NCBI RefSeq assembly: GCF_000002075.1
Contig: NW_004797442.1
Location: 108,250 to 172,249, forward strand
DNA length: 64,000 bases
Source: Aplysia californica
Lineage: Eukaryota
Direction: 5' to 3'
The notes beneath the pieces were generated by a model. It saw only the letters and a program-made list of their open reading frames with translations, did not search any database and had not been told where the DNA came from. Shown piece after piece: positions 52,096 through 64,000 of this stretch. A program made the translations under genes and the position numbers. Each line of letters starts with the position of its first letter. The first letter of the stretch is position 1.

Positions 52096-53480
52096 CTTAT
52101 TCTTTCATTAAGCTTCAAAAGTACTCAAAATGTACTTTTTTTTTTTAAGTACTTTTATAAAAAGTATCGGAGTGCAGTAAAAGTACTGATTCTCAAAATG
52201 TACCAGAGTACAGTAAAAGTACCGAAAATTGTAACGTAACGGTACTTGTACTCCGTTACAACCAGCTCTGGTCGCACGCGCCCGCCCTCAGGCTTAGCGC
52301 GCTGGGGCGGCGATAGCAGACTAAATTTGCTTCTCATCAGTTATTATGCGGTTACCTCCACTCTCACCGGGGACTCACAAGGTCACTTTTTATGCTTAGG
52401 GTAGCACAGACTACCTCCTCTACTCTAGATGATGTTTACGTTTTACAAGAGCACATGTTTGTCTGCAAGACTAGTCCTGTGTTTGATGGCTTGCAAGCGT
52501 CAGCTATTGCTAGAAGATTTTGTACTGATGAATTCACATTTTTTATTCCCAAACACAAATCCAGGCTGTGCTTGTGGCTAAATCACCTTACAAAAGAATA
52601 AGAGCCAGATGATTTGCAGGACGTATATATATTAGTTGGGCCCCTTTTTGGAGAAAGGAATGATCGGTGCATTAACATCAACTTAAAGTCATTGGCCTAC
52701 TATATTTACACTGCACAGGAATGGAGCAATAAATCTTGAGAGATGCAAAAAATTCCAAGGTCTGGACCTATAATCTAAAAACAAAATGCGCCTCGCGAAA
52801 TATCACTTCCAGCACTTCCGCTGTGAAGGGCAGGTTTCGTTTCTCAGTGGAATAATCACAAAGGCCAAAGAAGGACAGGAACTTTTAGTCAAATATATTT
52901 TTCTAAATTTAGCAAATGAATAAATAAAAAATCGGGCACCGTCAGGGGGAACTACCTATCTTTTTGCAGGTATTTGCCAACTTTCAACTCTGTAACTGTT
53001 GTAGTTTTTATGGGAAAAGTGACACATGTGTTTCCAAGTTGCCAAATATATTATATCTCTCTCTCTTGCCCTTTTTAACTCCCAGTGGAGCACAGGCCAT
53101 CAACATCATTACTCCAGTGAAGCCTGTCCTGAGCATCCTTTTCTATCTGTTTCCATGATGTCCCCGCTCTTTCAATTTCCGCTTGTACCGATCGCCTCCA
53201 TGTCATCTTTGGTCTTCCCTTCGTACGTTTTCCTTGTGGGTTCCCCGTTAAAATATATATGTATATGTGTGTGTGTGTATCAGTAAATTTTGACTACTTT
53301 TGTGAGGTCCACAGTACAGCATAAAGGCATTTTTCTTGATGTACCAGGAGCATCAAAAGGCAAGGAAGGGGTTAAAAGTTTGCCTTGTGAATCGATGTTG
53401 AAACATCCTATGATCTTTTTCTAATTATTCTTATCATGTTCTTTTTTTTATCTATCTTGTCCCTTTTGGTCTTTCTGTAG

Positions 53481-53684
53481 GATTCAAATGTGAATGGGCT
53501 ACTGTGAAGGACCACCGCTTGTATGTTGGTGGCTTGGGAAAGGAGTGGACAACTGGAACTGGAGAGGTGGTCAACCTGAACCCTCAGTGGGTCAAGTCGA
53601 TTGGACGTGATGGTGATGTGAAGCACCTGGATTGGCATGAAAGATATAATGCCCTGAGGGAAAAAACTGGAATGCTCTTACCTG
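53481..53684 (+). CDS. CANT1: CANT1 coding exon 2 ([25 protein letters not shown]...MLLP)
   Basis: GFKxEW and GGLGKEWT apyrase motifs. TGTAG acceptor, G|GTGGGC donor, 204 nt, phase 1-1. Confidence 0.96.
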
Positions 53685-53940
53685 GTGGGCATTTTTGTTC
53701 CTGTTTGTTTTTTAATGGATTCTTTTAAAAACAATGTTTTAAAAAGGGGAGAGCGGAGTGGTTTACACCTTGTGATGCACAGAAAAAGTCAATGTTTGCA
53801 AGCTATCTCTTTGTAACCCTACATGCTTCCAAACTGGAAAAAGAAAGAAAGCAAGCGGTGTCTGTTTTTTCTATAGTTAATTTTAATTGACAGTGTCAAA
53901 CGAGGCGTATAGTATCAAGCTGATAATAGCACTGACTGGC

Positions 53941-54204
53941 ATTTACAGTGCCTATACTATAGCTAGACACATAGTAAGGGTCGCATTCACAGTGCCTATA
54001 CTATAGCTAGACACATAGTAAGGGTCGCATTCACAATGCCTATACTATAGCTAGACACATAGTAAGGGTCGCATTCACAGTGCCTATACTATAGCTAGAC
54101 ACATAGTAAGGGTCGCATTCACAGTGCCTATACTATAGCTAGACACATAGTAAGGGTCGCATTCACAATGCCTATACTATAGCTAGACACATAGTAAGGG
54201 TCGC
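53941..54204. repeat. 44-bp x 6 minisatellite
   Basis: Unit ATTCACAGTGCCTATACTATAGCTAGACACATAGTAAGGGTCGC, nearly perfect. Confidence 0.97.
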
Positions 54205-56283
54205 CCCTGCAGGTGGGGAGCCCCATAGTTTTACTATGGGGGAGCAATGAATACACCTGCCGTGATGCTGCATGTTGTAAGAGGCGACTAAAGGTGCATA
54301 GGTCTGGCTTCCCGAAAAGTGACACTTTGCGGAGGGCCAACTACCCGACCCATTAAAAAATTAAAGTTATAGAAACACAAACAAACATGCCTTATAATTT
54401 TTCCATCTTGGGAGACGGAGGAGCTTCTGCAGCAGCAGGAGCAATGAAGGACAGCGGACAAAGCCGAAAGGACTTTTCTGACCCGAAACCTTCTGTGTCG
54501 AACAAGTCTCTCTGGATTGCTTCGTGGAATATTCGCACCATGTATGAAGCAGGAAAGAGTTCTCAAGTGACACAAGAGATGAAAAGATACAGGCTGCACA
54601 TACTAGGAGTCAACGAAACCCACTGGATACAGTCTGAACAGAAACAGCTCAGCTCGGGAGAACAAATATTATATTCTGGGAGGGAAGACAAGCACTATGC
54701 GGAGGGAGTTGGAATCATTTTGAGTAAGTGGTTAGGCTCTCGGACTCGCAACCGTAAGGTCGTGGGTTCGAATCCCATCAGGGACCCGACACTGTGTCCT
54801 TGGGAAAGGCACTTTACCCGAATTTTCCTCGATTCACCCTGGTGGGAATGGGTACCCGGCTATAGATAGCGAAAGATCTTGTCAGACCTCCTTCTCCCAT
54901 TGTTCACCAGGATCTGGAATGAGAGCAAGTTCCCAAAGGATTGGAAAGAAGAACACCTTGTGAAACTACCTAAAAAGGGGGATCTCAGCAACTGCAGCAA
55001 CTACCGAGGAATCACTATTTTCTCTATATCAGGTAAGGTCTTCAACAGAATAATTCTGGAGAGAATCAAGTCTGCAACGGATCCAAGACTTCGGGATGAA
55101 CAGGCTGGTTTTCGGAAAAATCGGTCAACCACAGACCAGATTGCTACACTGAGGATCATAGTGGAACAGTCCCTGGAGTGGAACTCCCAGTTGATCGTCA
55201 ACTTTCTTGACTATGAGAAAGCCTTTTACAGCATAGACCTAGCAACACTGTGGAAGATACTGAGACATCATGGAATCCCACAGAAGTTGGTTAACCTCAT
55301 CGGGGGCATGTACGAAGGGACAAGTTGCTGTACATGATGGCCAGCTCACTGACAGCTTTGACATCAAGACCGGTGTGAGACAGGGATGTTTACTATCACC
55401 TTTCCTCTTTATCTTGGCAATTGACTGGCTGATGAAGGAAACCACCAGAGGACACAGAAACGGTATACAGTGGACCCCATGGACACAGTTGGACGATCTG
55501 GACTTTGTAGATGACTTGGCGCTTCTGTCACACACTCAGGAACAGTTGCAAGTGAAGACATCAATTTTAAACAGCCTATCAGAGTCTGTTGGATTGAGGA
55601 TCCACCCCGGAAAGTCGAAAGTCCTAAGGATAGATGCACTATGAAAAGAGCAGGTCACAGTACAAGGAAATGCATTAGAAGACGTCAAATCCTTCTGTTA
55701 TCTTGGGAGTATAATTGATAGAGAGGGAGGAACAGGCACTGAAATAAAGTTCCGCATTGGAAAGGCACAGACTGCATTTATTTCTTTGAACAGGATTTGG
55801 AACAAAGCTTAGAATTTTAATCTCAAATGTGAAGTCAGTCTTGTTGTATGGATGTGAGACGTGGAACGCATCCCAGACGTGCATAAAGAGGATCCAGGTT
55901 TTCTTAAACAAGTGTCTGAGGAAGCTACTGAGGATCAAATGGACAGCCAGGATCACCAACAAGGAAGGATTAAGAAGAACGAGACAGCCCAGTCAGAGAT
56001 GAGGTGGGAAGAAGACGTTTATTCGATGGATTGGACTCACTTTCAGGAAGTCAAGCAGCTGCATAACAAGAAAAGTGTTAGATTGGATCCCGCAGGGTAA
56101 AAGATCAAGGGGAAGACCACGTGGAACCTGGAGAAGAGTCACGGAAATGAATGTACAGAAAAGTGGGAAGACGTGGAGTGACATCAAGCAACTATCCCAG
56201 GATAGGGAAAGGTGGAGAGTGTTTGTTCATATTCATGACCTCTATATCCTGATCCAGGGTGAGAAAGGCTATGATGATGATAA
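54202..56283 (+). mobile_element. RTE-clade LINE, 5'-complete but internally deleted and frameshifted
   Basis: APE start (IASWNIRTM, LGVNETHW), RT (NYRGIT, EQAGFR, GVRQGCLLSP, LDFVDD), C-terminal GRPRGTW, (GAT)n tail. Candidate TSD TAAGGGT at 54195-54201 and 56284-56290. Confidence 0.92.
54727..54878 (+). mobile_element. tRNA-derived SINE fragment
   Basis: Partial A box AGTGGTTAG, B box GGTTCGAATCCC (54765-54776), then the SINE-body motif GTGTCCTTGGGAAAGGCACTT...AATGGGTACC. Confidence 0.85.
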
Positions 56284-56682
56284 TAAGGGTGCACATAGGG
56301 TAAGGAGAAGGGAAGAGTGATAATGGAAGAATAAGAGAATATATCAGAAGAGCAGGCAGCGGAATGGCAATATATAGAAGATGGGGCTAGAGTGCACCAA
56401 TCATATACAGTGGCACGTGAATAATGACTTGTACTCAAAGTGCATCAGTTACCGACCATACTAAAAACTTGGCACAGATGAGCATTATGTATGTTTGCTT
56501 TGAAATGTCAATAAAAACTAACTTTAATGTGGTTAAAACTATCTTTTACTCAAAGAACAAAGTAAAAATGTGTATTAAAGAGAGAAGTCTTCAGCAAAAG
56601 TGACTGATTACTGTGGAATAGCAAGCTTATGGGGAGGGGGTGTTTGGTTGTTTTACAGGGGGGGGGGGGGGGTTTGTATCTA

Positions 56683-57501
56683 CAGTCGAACCTGTGTAAG
56701 ACGGCCACCCATTGACAAGGAGAAAAGTGGCCGTATAAGACTGGTGGTCGTCTTAGGCAGGACTGATCAAGAAGAAGAAAACAAACCCTTCCTTTCTGAG
56801 GTCCCAACCGAAGATAGCCGCATTGTTGTTGTTGTTATTGTTGTTGTTTTCACTGGGGGGTTTTTTCGTGTTTTTTTTCTTTTGTTGCTGTTTTTGTGCA
56901 AGGGTGACAATACAACGAAATGTGTCAGACAAGGAGGACCGAGTGCTATGGTAAAACAAACACATGGGTCTCTACCACTCGGGGAACGAGCGACGTTTCT
57001 GTCTCAAGTTCATGTTGACGTCCATTGTTACTTTGTTACAGACTGGGTAAACAGTGACCACCCATCTCACTTCTGATTTGTGTATGAGTTCTGGGCGGGG
57101 CTTATAGGTTATGAGGGATCACTCGCTTACCTTTATGGCAGCTGAAAATTTGTTACCTATTGGTCAACAGTGGGAGGGGCCTACGCAACATGATCGGTTG
57201 GAGGGACTACCTAACAACAACGACAGGTGATTGAATTATGACGGCTCGCCCACAACGCCAGGGGCCAATGCACAGTTTATGACAAAACGTAATGGAGTCA
57301 CTAAGGTGGCCGTCTAAGATAGGTGTTATTGCTTTGTGTGATAGGGGTTGTGTATTAAAATAAGGTGGCCGCGGCTGTGTTGGACAGGTGCCCGTTTTAC
57401 ACTGTTAAATTATATAGAAAAAACGCAAGGGGGGAAATGGAAAGTGGCCGTTTGTACAGGTGGTCGTCTTATAGAGGTGGCCGTCAGGGCAGGTTCGACT
57501 G
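56683..57501. mobile_element. CAGTCGAACC-type MITE (inverted homolog of 21316-22087)
   Basis: TA-flanked TIRs and colinear reverse-complement similarity. Confidence 0.9.
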
Positions 57502-57920
57502 TATATGTAGGTTTATTTGTAAGCATCTCTGCAGGACACTACCATCCCATTTTCCTTTTACATAGAATCTGTTGCCACAGTTTCTATCTCTTTGCTGATT
57601 TTATGTGCAGGGTGTATAATATTCAAAAACTACTCAGCGTACATACAGCATTAAGTTTTTTAAGATTCGAGGCTTCTTTAAATGTGACAAGAGAAAAGAT
57701 GATTTGCATACCAATGTGGTGATCAATATGACATATTTAGTCTTAAAAACATCATCACTGAGTACAGATTATTGTTCCATATTTTTTGCTATTTTTTTTT
57801 AGCATTTTCTGTTACTTCATTGGAAATTATTTGTAACATGATGACATGGGGAGATTTGTGTTTTTTATTGTTTCATTTAATTTAAAAAGTGAACACTCTC
57901 TTTTGTGATTTATTCCACAG

Positions 57921-58291
57921 GGTATATCATACATGAATCAGGTGTATGGAGTGATGTTCACAAGAAATGGTTTTTCCTTCCCCGTCGAGCAAGTACAGAG
58001 ACATACGATGAAGTAAAAGATGAAAAAAGAGCTACAAATTTAATGTTCATCGCCGATGAAGATTTTACAAGTGTTGAGATTAAGAAGATTGGGTCACTGA
58101 ACCCTACTCATGGGTTTTCATCCTTCAAATTCATTCCTGGTACTGAGGACAGTATTATTGTTGCCCTTAAGAGTGAGGAGGATAATGGAAAAATTGCCTC
58201 TTACATTCTTGCTTTTGATATAAATGGGAACACTCTGATGCCCGAAAAGAAAATTGGTGATGTTAAATATGAAGGTATAGAATTTGTATGA
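57921..58291 (+). CDS. CANT1: CANT1 terminal coding exon (GYIIHES...KYEGIEFV*)
   Basis: [27 protein letters not shown] and KYEGIEF motifs. CACAG acceptor, TGA 58289-58291. Confidence 0.97.
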
Positions 58292-61200
58292 TATGAAAGG
58301 TTTTTTAAATTGTGTACTGTGTGTGAAATGTTTTTGTTATTTTTTATGTAGTTTTTTTTTTACTAGGACGAGTGCTGACTTGATGCTAAATGAGTTGGGA
58401 GTCTTTTATTCCTTGTTGTAACTGTCATGAAGGAAAAACTATTTCTCATATTTTCATCACAGACTTGTTTTTAAGCATAGTATTCACCAGTGGCTTGTTA
58501 CAAAAATGCATGCTGATGTGTATTAAGATTAAGTGTCAGAACACCTTGCAAATAGTATGATGTTCTCAAAGATGAATTATCTATTTTGTCATTTTATGTG
58601 ATGCTCGAATAAGTGCTGTACTTCATATCATTATTGCTTGCAAAATGTTATGTACGAATACAATGTGTTCATTCGCCATGTTCTTGACCATGACATAATT
58701 GTTTTAGCAACTAGTTTGCATAAGTTCATCCCTTTTTTTAAGGAGGGAAATTGTGGGAGTCTTTTTGAGAGAGACTGAAAATAGTTAATCATTCATTTTA
58801 TCCATCTTGTGTTACATATGAATACTATAATGTGTTCTTAATTTTCTTTTTAATGGGTGAGGAGAGTATTATCATTGGATCCTGCTCTTTTTCTTTATTT
58901 GTTGTTTGTCTTTTCTCTTTCCTGCCACCTAAAATGGTGATTCCTGTGACCACATGCTTCTCTTGACGCAAACCCCACTTAACTGGATGAGGTAGAGAGC
59001 AACATCCCTTCTCAGCCCTTTGAAGTGTTGGAAATGCTATGTGAAGTACCTATAGCATGAGGGCTGTTTTAGAAATTTATGCACCATTCTCACCCTTCTA
59101 CCATTTTATCTAAGGATAACATACACACACACCCGCACACACACAAGATTTTAAAAAGAAAGAAAAAATACTAATACGGTGATAGATTTTAAAATAAAGA
59201 CAATGCAAGGAAAATCTCTAAATGAAAACCTGTTTCAGACAACAGTACCTGCTCCAGAATCAAGTGAGTGAACCAGCCTCGGTTGTCCTGTCACAGCGAA
59301 CCATAAGTCCTGCAAAGTATGTGATATTTTATCATATTTTCTCTGTCAGGAGTAGAAGTTCTCTTCCACATGTGATTAGTTGGTGCTGTGGAGCTTTCTG
59401 TTCCTGACAAATGTGGTCACAGTGCAGAGGAAATCACACCTTCATAATCCATATTCTTATTTAACTTTATGATTTAGAATAGAAAATAAAATTAATTAAC
59501 TTATCTTAGAAATACTATGTATTGTTTAGATTTAGTTTTTTTGGTTTTTTAAACATGTTATACATACTACGTTTTGCTTTTATAGCTATTCTACCATTTT
59601 TTTGCTTATTTTTATTTTGTTCAGATGTCACCATTTCACACGATGGCTGTGATCTTGAAAATTGTCTCTTTTGTGTAGTTAATATACTTTTGGTCGAATC
59701 CTGGGATGTTGATTTAGACAAAACTCTCTCTTTTAGCATCAGGGCTTTTTTAAGACTCAGATGTGGAGACTTTTTTAATGTACAGATTCGTAAAACTTTG
59801 TGTCAGTGATGGCACAAAGTGAGTGTGACTTACTGTTCCAAAGATCACTTGACTGTGAAACAAAATGGGAAGGAGACTCCTTCTTGCTCATGTTATCTTA
59901 CTTAGTTTATCTAGAAATCACATTTATGTGTTTATCAAAACTTGTAGTGGATGTCCATGTGGCCTTACCGTGCTCTTTGTCTTGTGAATATTGACAGCTG
60001 ATATAAAAATAAACGCTTGTAGCAAATCTTCATTCCCTTCCTAAACTGGGTTTTGGGTGAGCAAAATACTCTCAAAGTTGCGTACTTTATTCTTTTCATC
60101 ATGTTTAGGACAGAATGAAGAGGGGTAACTTTCAAAATTTGTTCTATAGGAATGCATTTTGAAAGTCTTACAGCCTTTTTTTTATCTGACACATTCCTCT
60201 TGATTTCTTATGACTCGAAATTTACCTTTCTTTTTCTTCAGATCTGTATCTGATCGTAAAAGGAATTTTTTTGTCAGAGGGCCTCTTTTGTTGTATTTGC
60301 TAGGAAATCTGACTTTCACACAGTATAACATCTCTTGTGGCATTGTGTTGTTTAGTGTCTCACCCATGTGCATTGAAATTGCTTTTAATGTGACTGTCAG
60401 AATCTAAAGATTGGAATTGTGGGTTCTAATATCATGTAGCATGGAAACCTATTTATTTTAAGGTTGGGGTTGGCACTTCTCAGTATATGTTTAAAGTTTC
60501 ATTGCGTCTGGACTTGACTTACTGCACTTTTTATCAGTTTAGTTTTCTGCTGTTCTGAAGCCTCAACTAGACTTTTCCCCCTCCCCCCCCCCCTACAAAG
60601 GTGCTCAGTGCATGTATGCTTGAGAGATGAGCTTCATGATATTACAACTTGATATTGTTGCATATGTGTCCATTTACAATAATTTACATGGTCATCTGTG
60701 TAGTTCGGAGCAGTGAGTGGCACAGAAGAAACAATATTTCACTGTAAGCGTGAGTCCGTTTCAGTGAGAGGAAGAAGAAAAAGATAAGTAGTAAATTGAA
60801 TGAAATAAAGCGTAAAAATATCTTTGCTTATGATTTTTTGAGTGGCAACAAAGAAGAAATGGAAGTATGAGGAAAGATCCAGGAAGAGACTGGTTTATGA
60901 CGTACGTGAACTTGCAGGTTCTGTTTTGATCAGTATTTATTTTTTTATGTATTTTGCACTCCGTCTCCTGTTTCACCCTTCTATTGCTGAGTAAAATTAC
61001 TGTTATAAGTTACTTAAACTTGTGATGCGGGCACCACATATTTTTCTTATATTGTGCTAAATGATCTGGCCAGTAGCGGCCGGGCTGCTGTGAGCTGCAT
61101 GCACATTGATGAGGTTGTGACTGACTGACTGATTATTGAGTGGATCAAGCTTAAGTTTTCCTAGATTTTGTATTGCTACAGTGGTGTAACAAAAGGATTT

Positions 61201-63894
61201 TGAACATTTGTTCTGTGTTTTATGAGAATATCAGTCGGCAAAGTTTTAAGATTTTACTGTCCTGCTCATAACAAACAATTTCAGAATGTTTTGGAAGGAG
61301 AGGCACTGGGTGTTTTTGTCATGTGAAAATTAATGTGAATAATTGTTCGTTAGGTGTCATAGTGAAACAGTTCTGCGACTGACTTACACCTTAATGTCAA
61401 ATCCAATGCACTGCTTCTAGTTGTGTAAATATAGCGCCTTTACTTATATTTGGTTTCTATTTTTGCACTGTGGGACAGGTATTTAAATCACATATCTCAT
61501 GTATTCAGCTTTACAATACCTTGACAAATAATGGTATTAAAGAAATCCATTTTGTAAGAAATGATGCATGTGCATATATATAGGCCCCTACATGTATGAA
61601 TCAGTTCTAATGGCTGCTGTAGAAGACCCAACTTTGTGTTGTCTTTCTGCAATTTCAGATTGTTTCAAGATAATTCTGTTTCTGTGGTTACTTACATCTA
61701 CCTCTGTGAAGAACCTGAAATCTGAGGAGCAAAAAAAATGTCTGTAATTCTTTTATGTTTTATTGGTTTATCGACAATTTATAGCTAGTACATGCAAAAA
61801 CTGAGTACACAAAGGAATCCTCATAGCATATCTTTTAACCTCGTGAATGCATTTCACTCAATAGTTATTTATGAGCCAGATCACATAGCCCTGGAAATTA
61901 ACCTTGGGTCAAGTAATGAAATAATCTAATACGCAGACTGTTTAGCTGTGTATTGATAGACTGTATTTAACCGTAGTCTTTATATTCCATAATATTTCTT
62001 AGATTGGCAGGATAATTACTTTGGCTTTTTTGTTTGTTTGTGTGGTCACATTTGTCTTGGGGTTTTTTGTAGTGTTTGATGAACTTTAACGAAATACATC
62101 ATGCTAGCATAGCTAATATTGGCATAAGTCTGTGCTGATGATTGTCACATTTCAGCATATACTGATTGCTTGAGATTCAACTTGCCTCTCTACTTACATC
62201 GTTCTGTTTGGAATTTCAGCCTTCACGCGTACAGGTACATGTGTAATTAAGGGTATGACAAGTCAGTGATAGAACAGAATGGAATACAGTATACTTGAAA
62301 AATGTAAATTACCTCAGCGTGCTGGGAAAAGTTGCAAGGTCCATTTTTTCCACAAGAAAGGGGTAGTTTTGGGTTTGAGTCTACCCATGTTGAGAATGTT
62401 TCGGACTGAATCATTTCCTTTCTTGTTGTGGTGATTACTTCTAATGTTAGTTTGCATTAGTTGCTTTGAGTTGAAGACTAGACAGTCCAATGAAGAAACA
62501 CACCTCTAATAAAATTAAAATGCCAATTTCCACTCTCAAAAGAAAATGATTTCACAGAGTTAAGTAACCATTAGTCGGATTTTTTAGATGTCAGCCTTTT
62601 GTAAGCCACAGTTCTAACAGGTCTTGACTTTTACTATTACGCAGTTCAATTGTTTTATACTGATTTATTTATTCATTTTTCTATTCCGAAGGAGTATTGC
62701 TCTGAGACACAATGTGTTGTGAGTCCTCTATGAATGAATGTCTTTGCCTTCGTCTGTCTTAACTTTCTGGGGGAGTTGTATCTTAATTGTATGTGTAGCA
62801 GTTTTCTTCTCTGAGTTTAGTATATGGTGTGTTCCTTGACAGAGAGTTTGTCAGAGTGCCTACCTGATCTCATTTGTCCCCCCATGGAAACTAACTATTA
62901 CCTTTGGGACCAAATGTTAGGGACAAAGGTGAAGTAATGCCCCTTTCTGTTCGCCTAGCATTCATTTGCTTTCTTGTTTGATTCTTCCCCCACTGTTCTG
63001 TCTAAACCAACAAAAGTCAAATAATGTGTAGGTGGGGAGGGGGGGGGGGGAGGGAGGTACCTTTGCCATTTGTAACTGTACTTTAAAAGACAGAGAGATG
63101 TATATGAGGCTTGCATTAGATTCTTGTGTACTTACTATGACAATTGGTTTTACTTAAAAGGCTGTGGCAAGGCTATTACTGTTGTCATTATGTTATGGGA
63201 GATGCGTGTAACAAAAAAATGACTGTCCCTATGACTTCCCAGTGATGAAAGGTGTCTTTTTTCATGTTGTGTGTTCTTTTCTTTGGTAAAGCCTTCTGAA
63301 TTTAAAAGGTTAAGCTGTATGCCTGATGTGGGCATGTAAATCTGCAGATCTACTAAAAGAATTGTTGACTGTAGTGTCTTTAGGCCATTCCCAAAGGGGT
63401 GACATTTCTCGTTCAAGCACAGTAGAATTGTAAATGGGCTGATTCATGTCACGCTAATAACTGTGCCTGATCTACAACAGGGAACTGCTGCTTTTTCTTT
63501 CCTAATCCTTACTATTGTCATTTTCCTCTACTTCTTTTGTATGTTATTGTTTGTCACACTCTTGTGACCTGCTATTTCCAGGGTGCCTTGATAGTTGAAG
63601 CAGACCTTGTGCTGTTGAAGCTAGAGAGGTGAGCAGAGTAAGTCTGATTTCCTGTAAAGACTTCTCTGTTGACACCCACCCCTTGGCGCTCATATTACTT
63701 TATGCAGTTGCGAGCGCCATAAAACCCTCTACTATAATAATAATAAATAAGAGAATTGTGTGCTGTTAGTGAAATATTTTTTGACGTAATTTGTTTCATT
63801 ATATACTTTAATTTTTCTTTTTTTGAAAAGGTATTAATTTCTTGAACATATACTCATTATTTCATAGATAAGTGGAACTGAGAAAAATTACATA

Positions 63895-64000
63895 CAGTGG
63901 AGTCCACTTATAACGAGTCCTGAAACAACGAGAAGTCTGTTATTAAGACACTATTCTAAAACCCCGTTATTTTCCCTTTTTTATCTTTGTAAATAAAATA
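63895..64000. mobile_element. Start of a CAGTGGAGTCC-family MITE (runs off window)
   Basis: Matches 12627-12733. Confidence 0.85.

Noticed and set aside
53941-54204. CRISPR-like array
   Set aside because: Contiguous tandem units with no unique spacers, in a eukaryotic intron with no cas genes.
54727-54780. Functional tRNA gene
   Set aside because: The 5' acceptor stem is missing and it runs directly into a SINE body.
59222-63416. Short ORFs downstream of CANT1
   Set aside because: No motifs or consistent splice structure; expected by chance in UTR or intergenic DNA.

Overview
AT-rich (animal, probably invertebrate) eukaryotic genomic window with four spliced genes in two head-to-head pairs, set in heavily nested transposon debris. 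(1) An unidentified minus-strand gene: coding exons 7106-6986 and 1607-~1443, continuing off the left end. Its first coding intron is a 5.4-kb minor-spliceosome (U12) intron. (2) MSRB1 (selenoprotein R/X) on +: exons 8652-8706, 15636-15778, 22326-22440 and 26079-26095, 109 aa, with an in-frame Sec UGA at 22404-22406 and an atypical SECIS at about 26112-26203. (3) RPP21 (RNase P subunit p21) on -: exons 41957-41892, 37662-37562, 36963-36881 and 34449-34313, 128 aa. (4) CANT1 (Ca-activated nucleotidase/apyrase) on +: exons ~43850-44525, 53481-53684 and 57921-58291. The ORF track largely misses MSRB1 and RPP21. The introns hold pogo/Tigger-type MITE families, Tc1/mariner, MULE, piggyBac and Merlin remnants, L2 and RTE LINEs, a tRNA-derived SINE and minisatellites. 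There is one assembly gap (1956-2102). The most notable observations are the selenoprotein with its unusual SECIS, the U12 intron, a kink-turn-containing structured 5' end on an RTE retrotransposon, and a recurrent palindromic GATCTA insertion signature.
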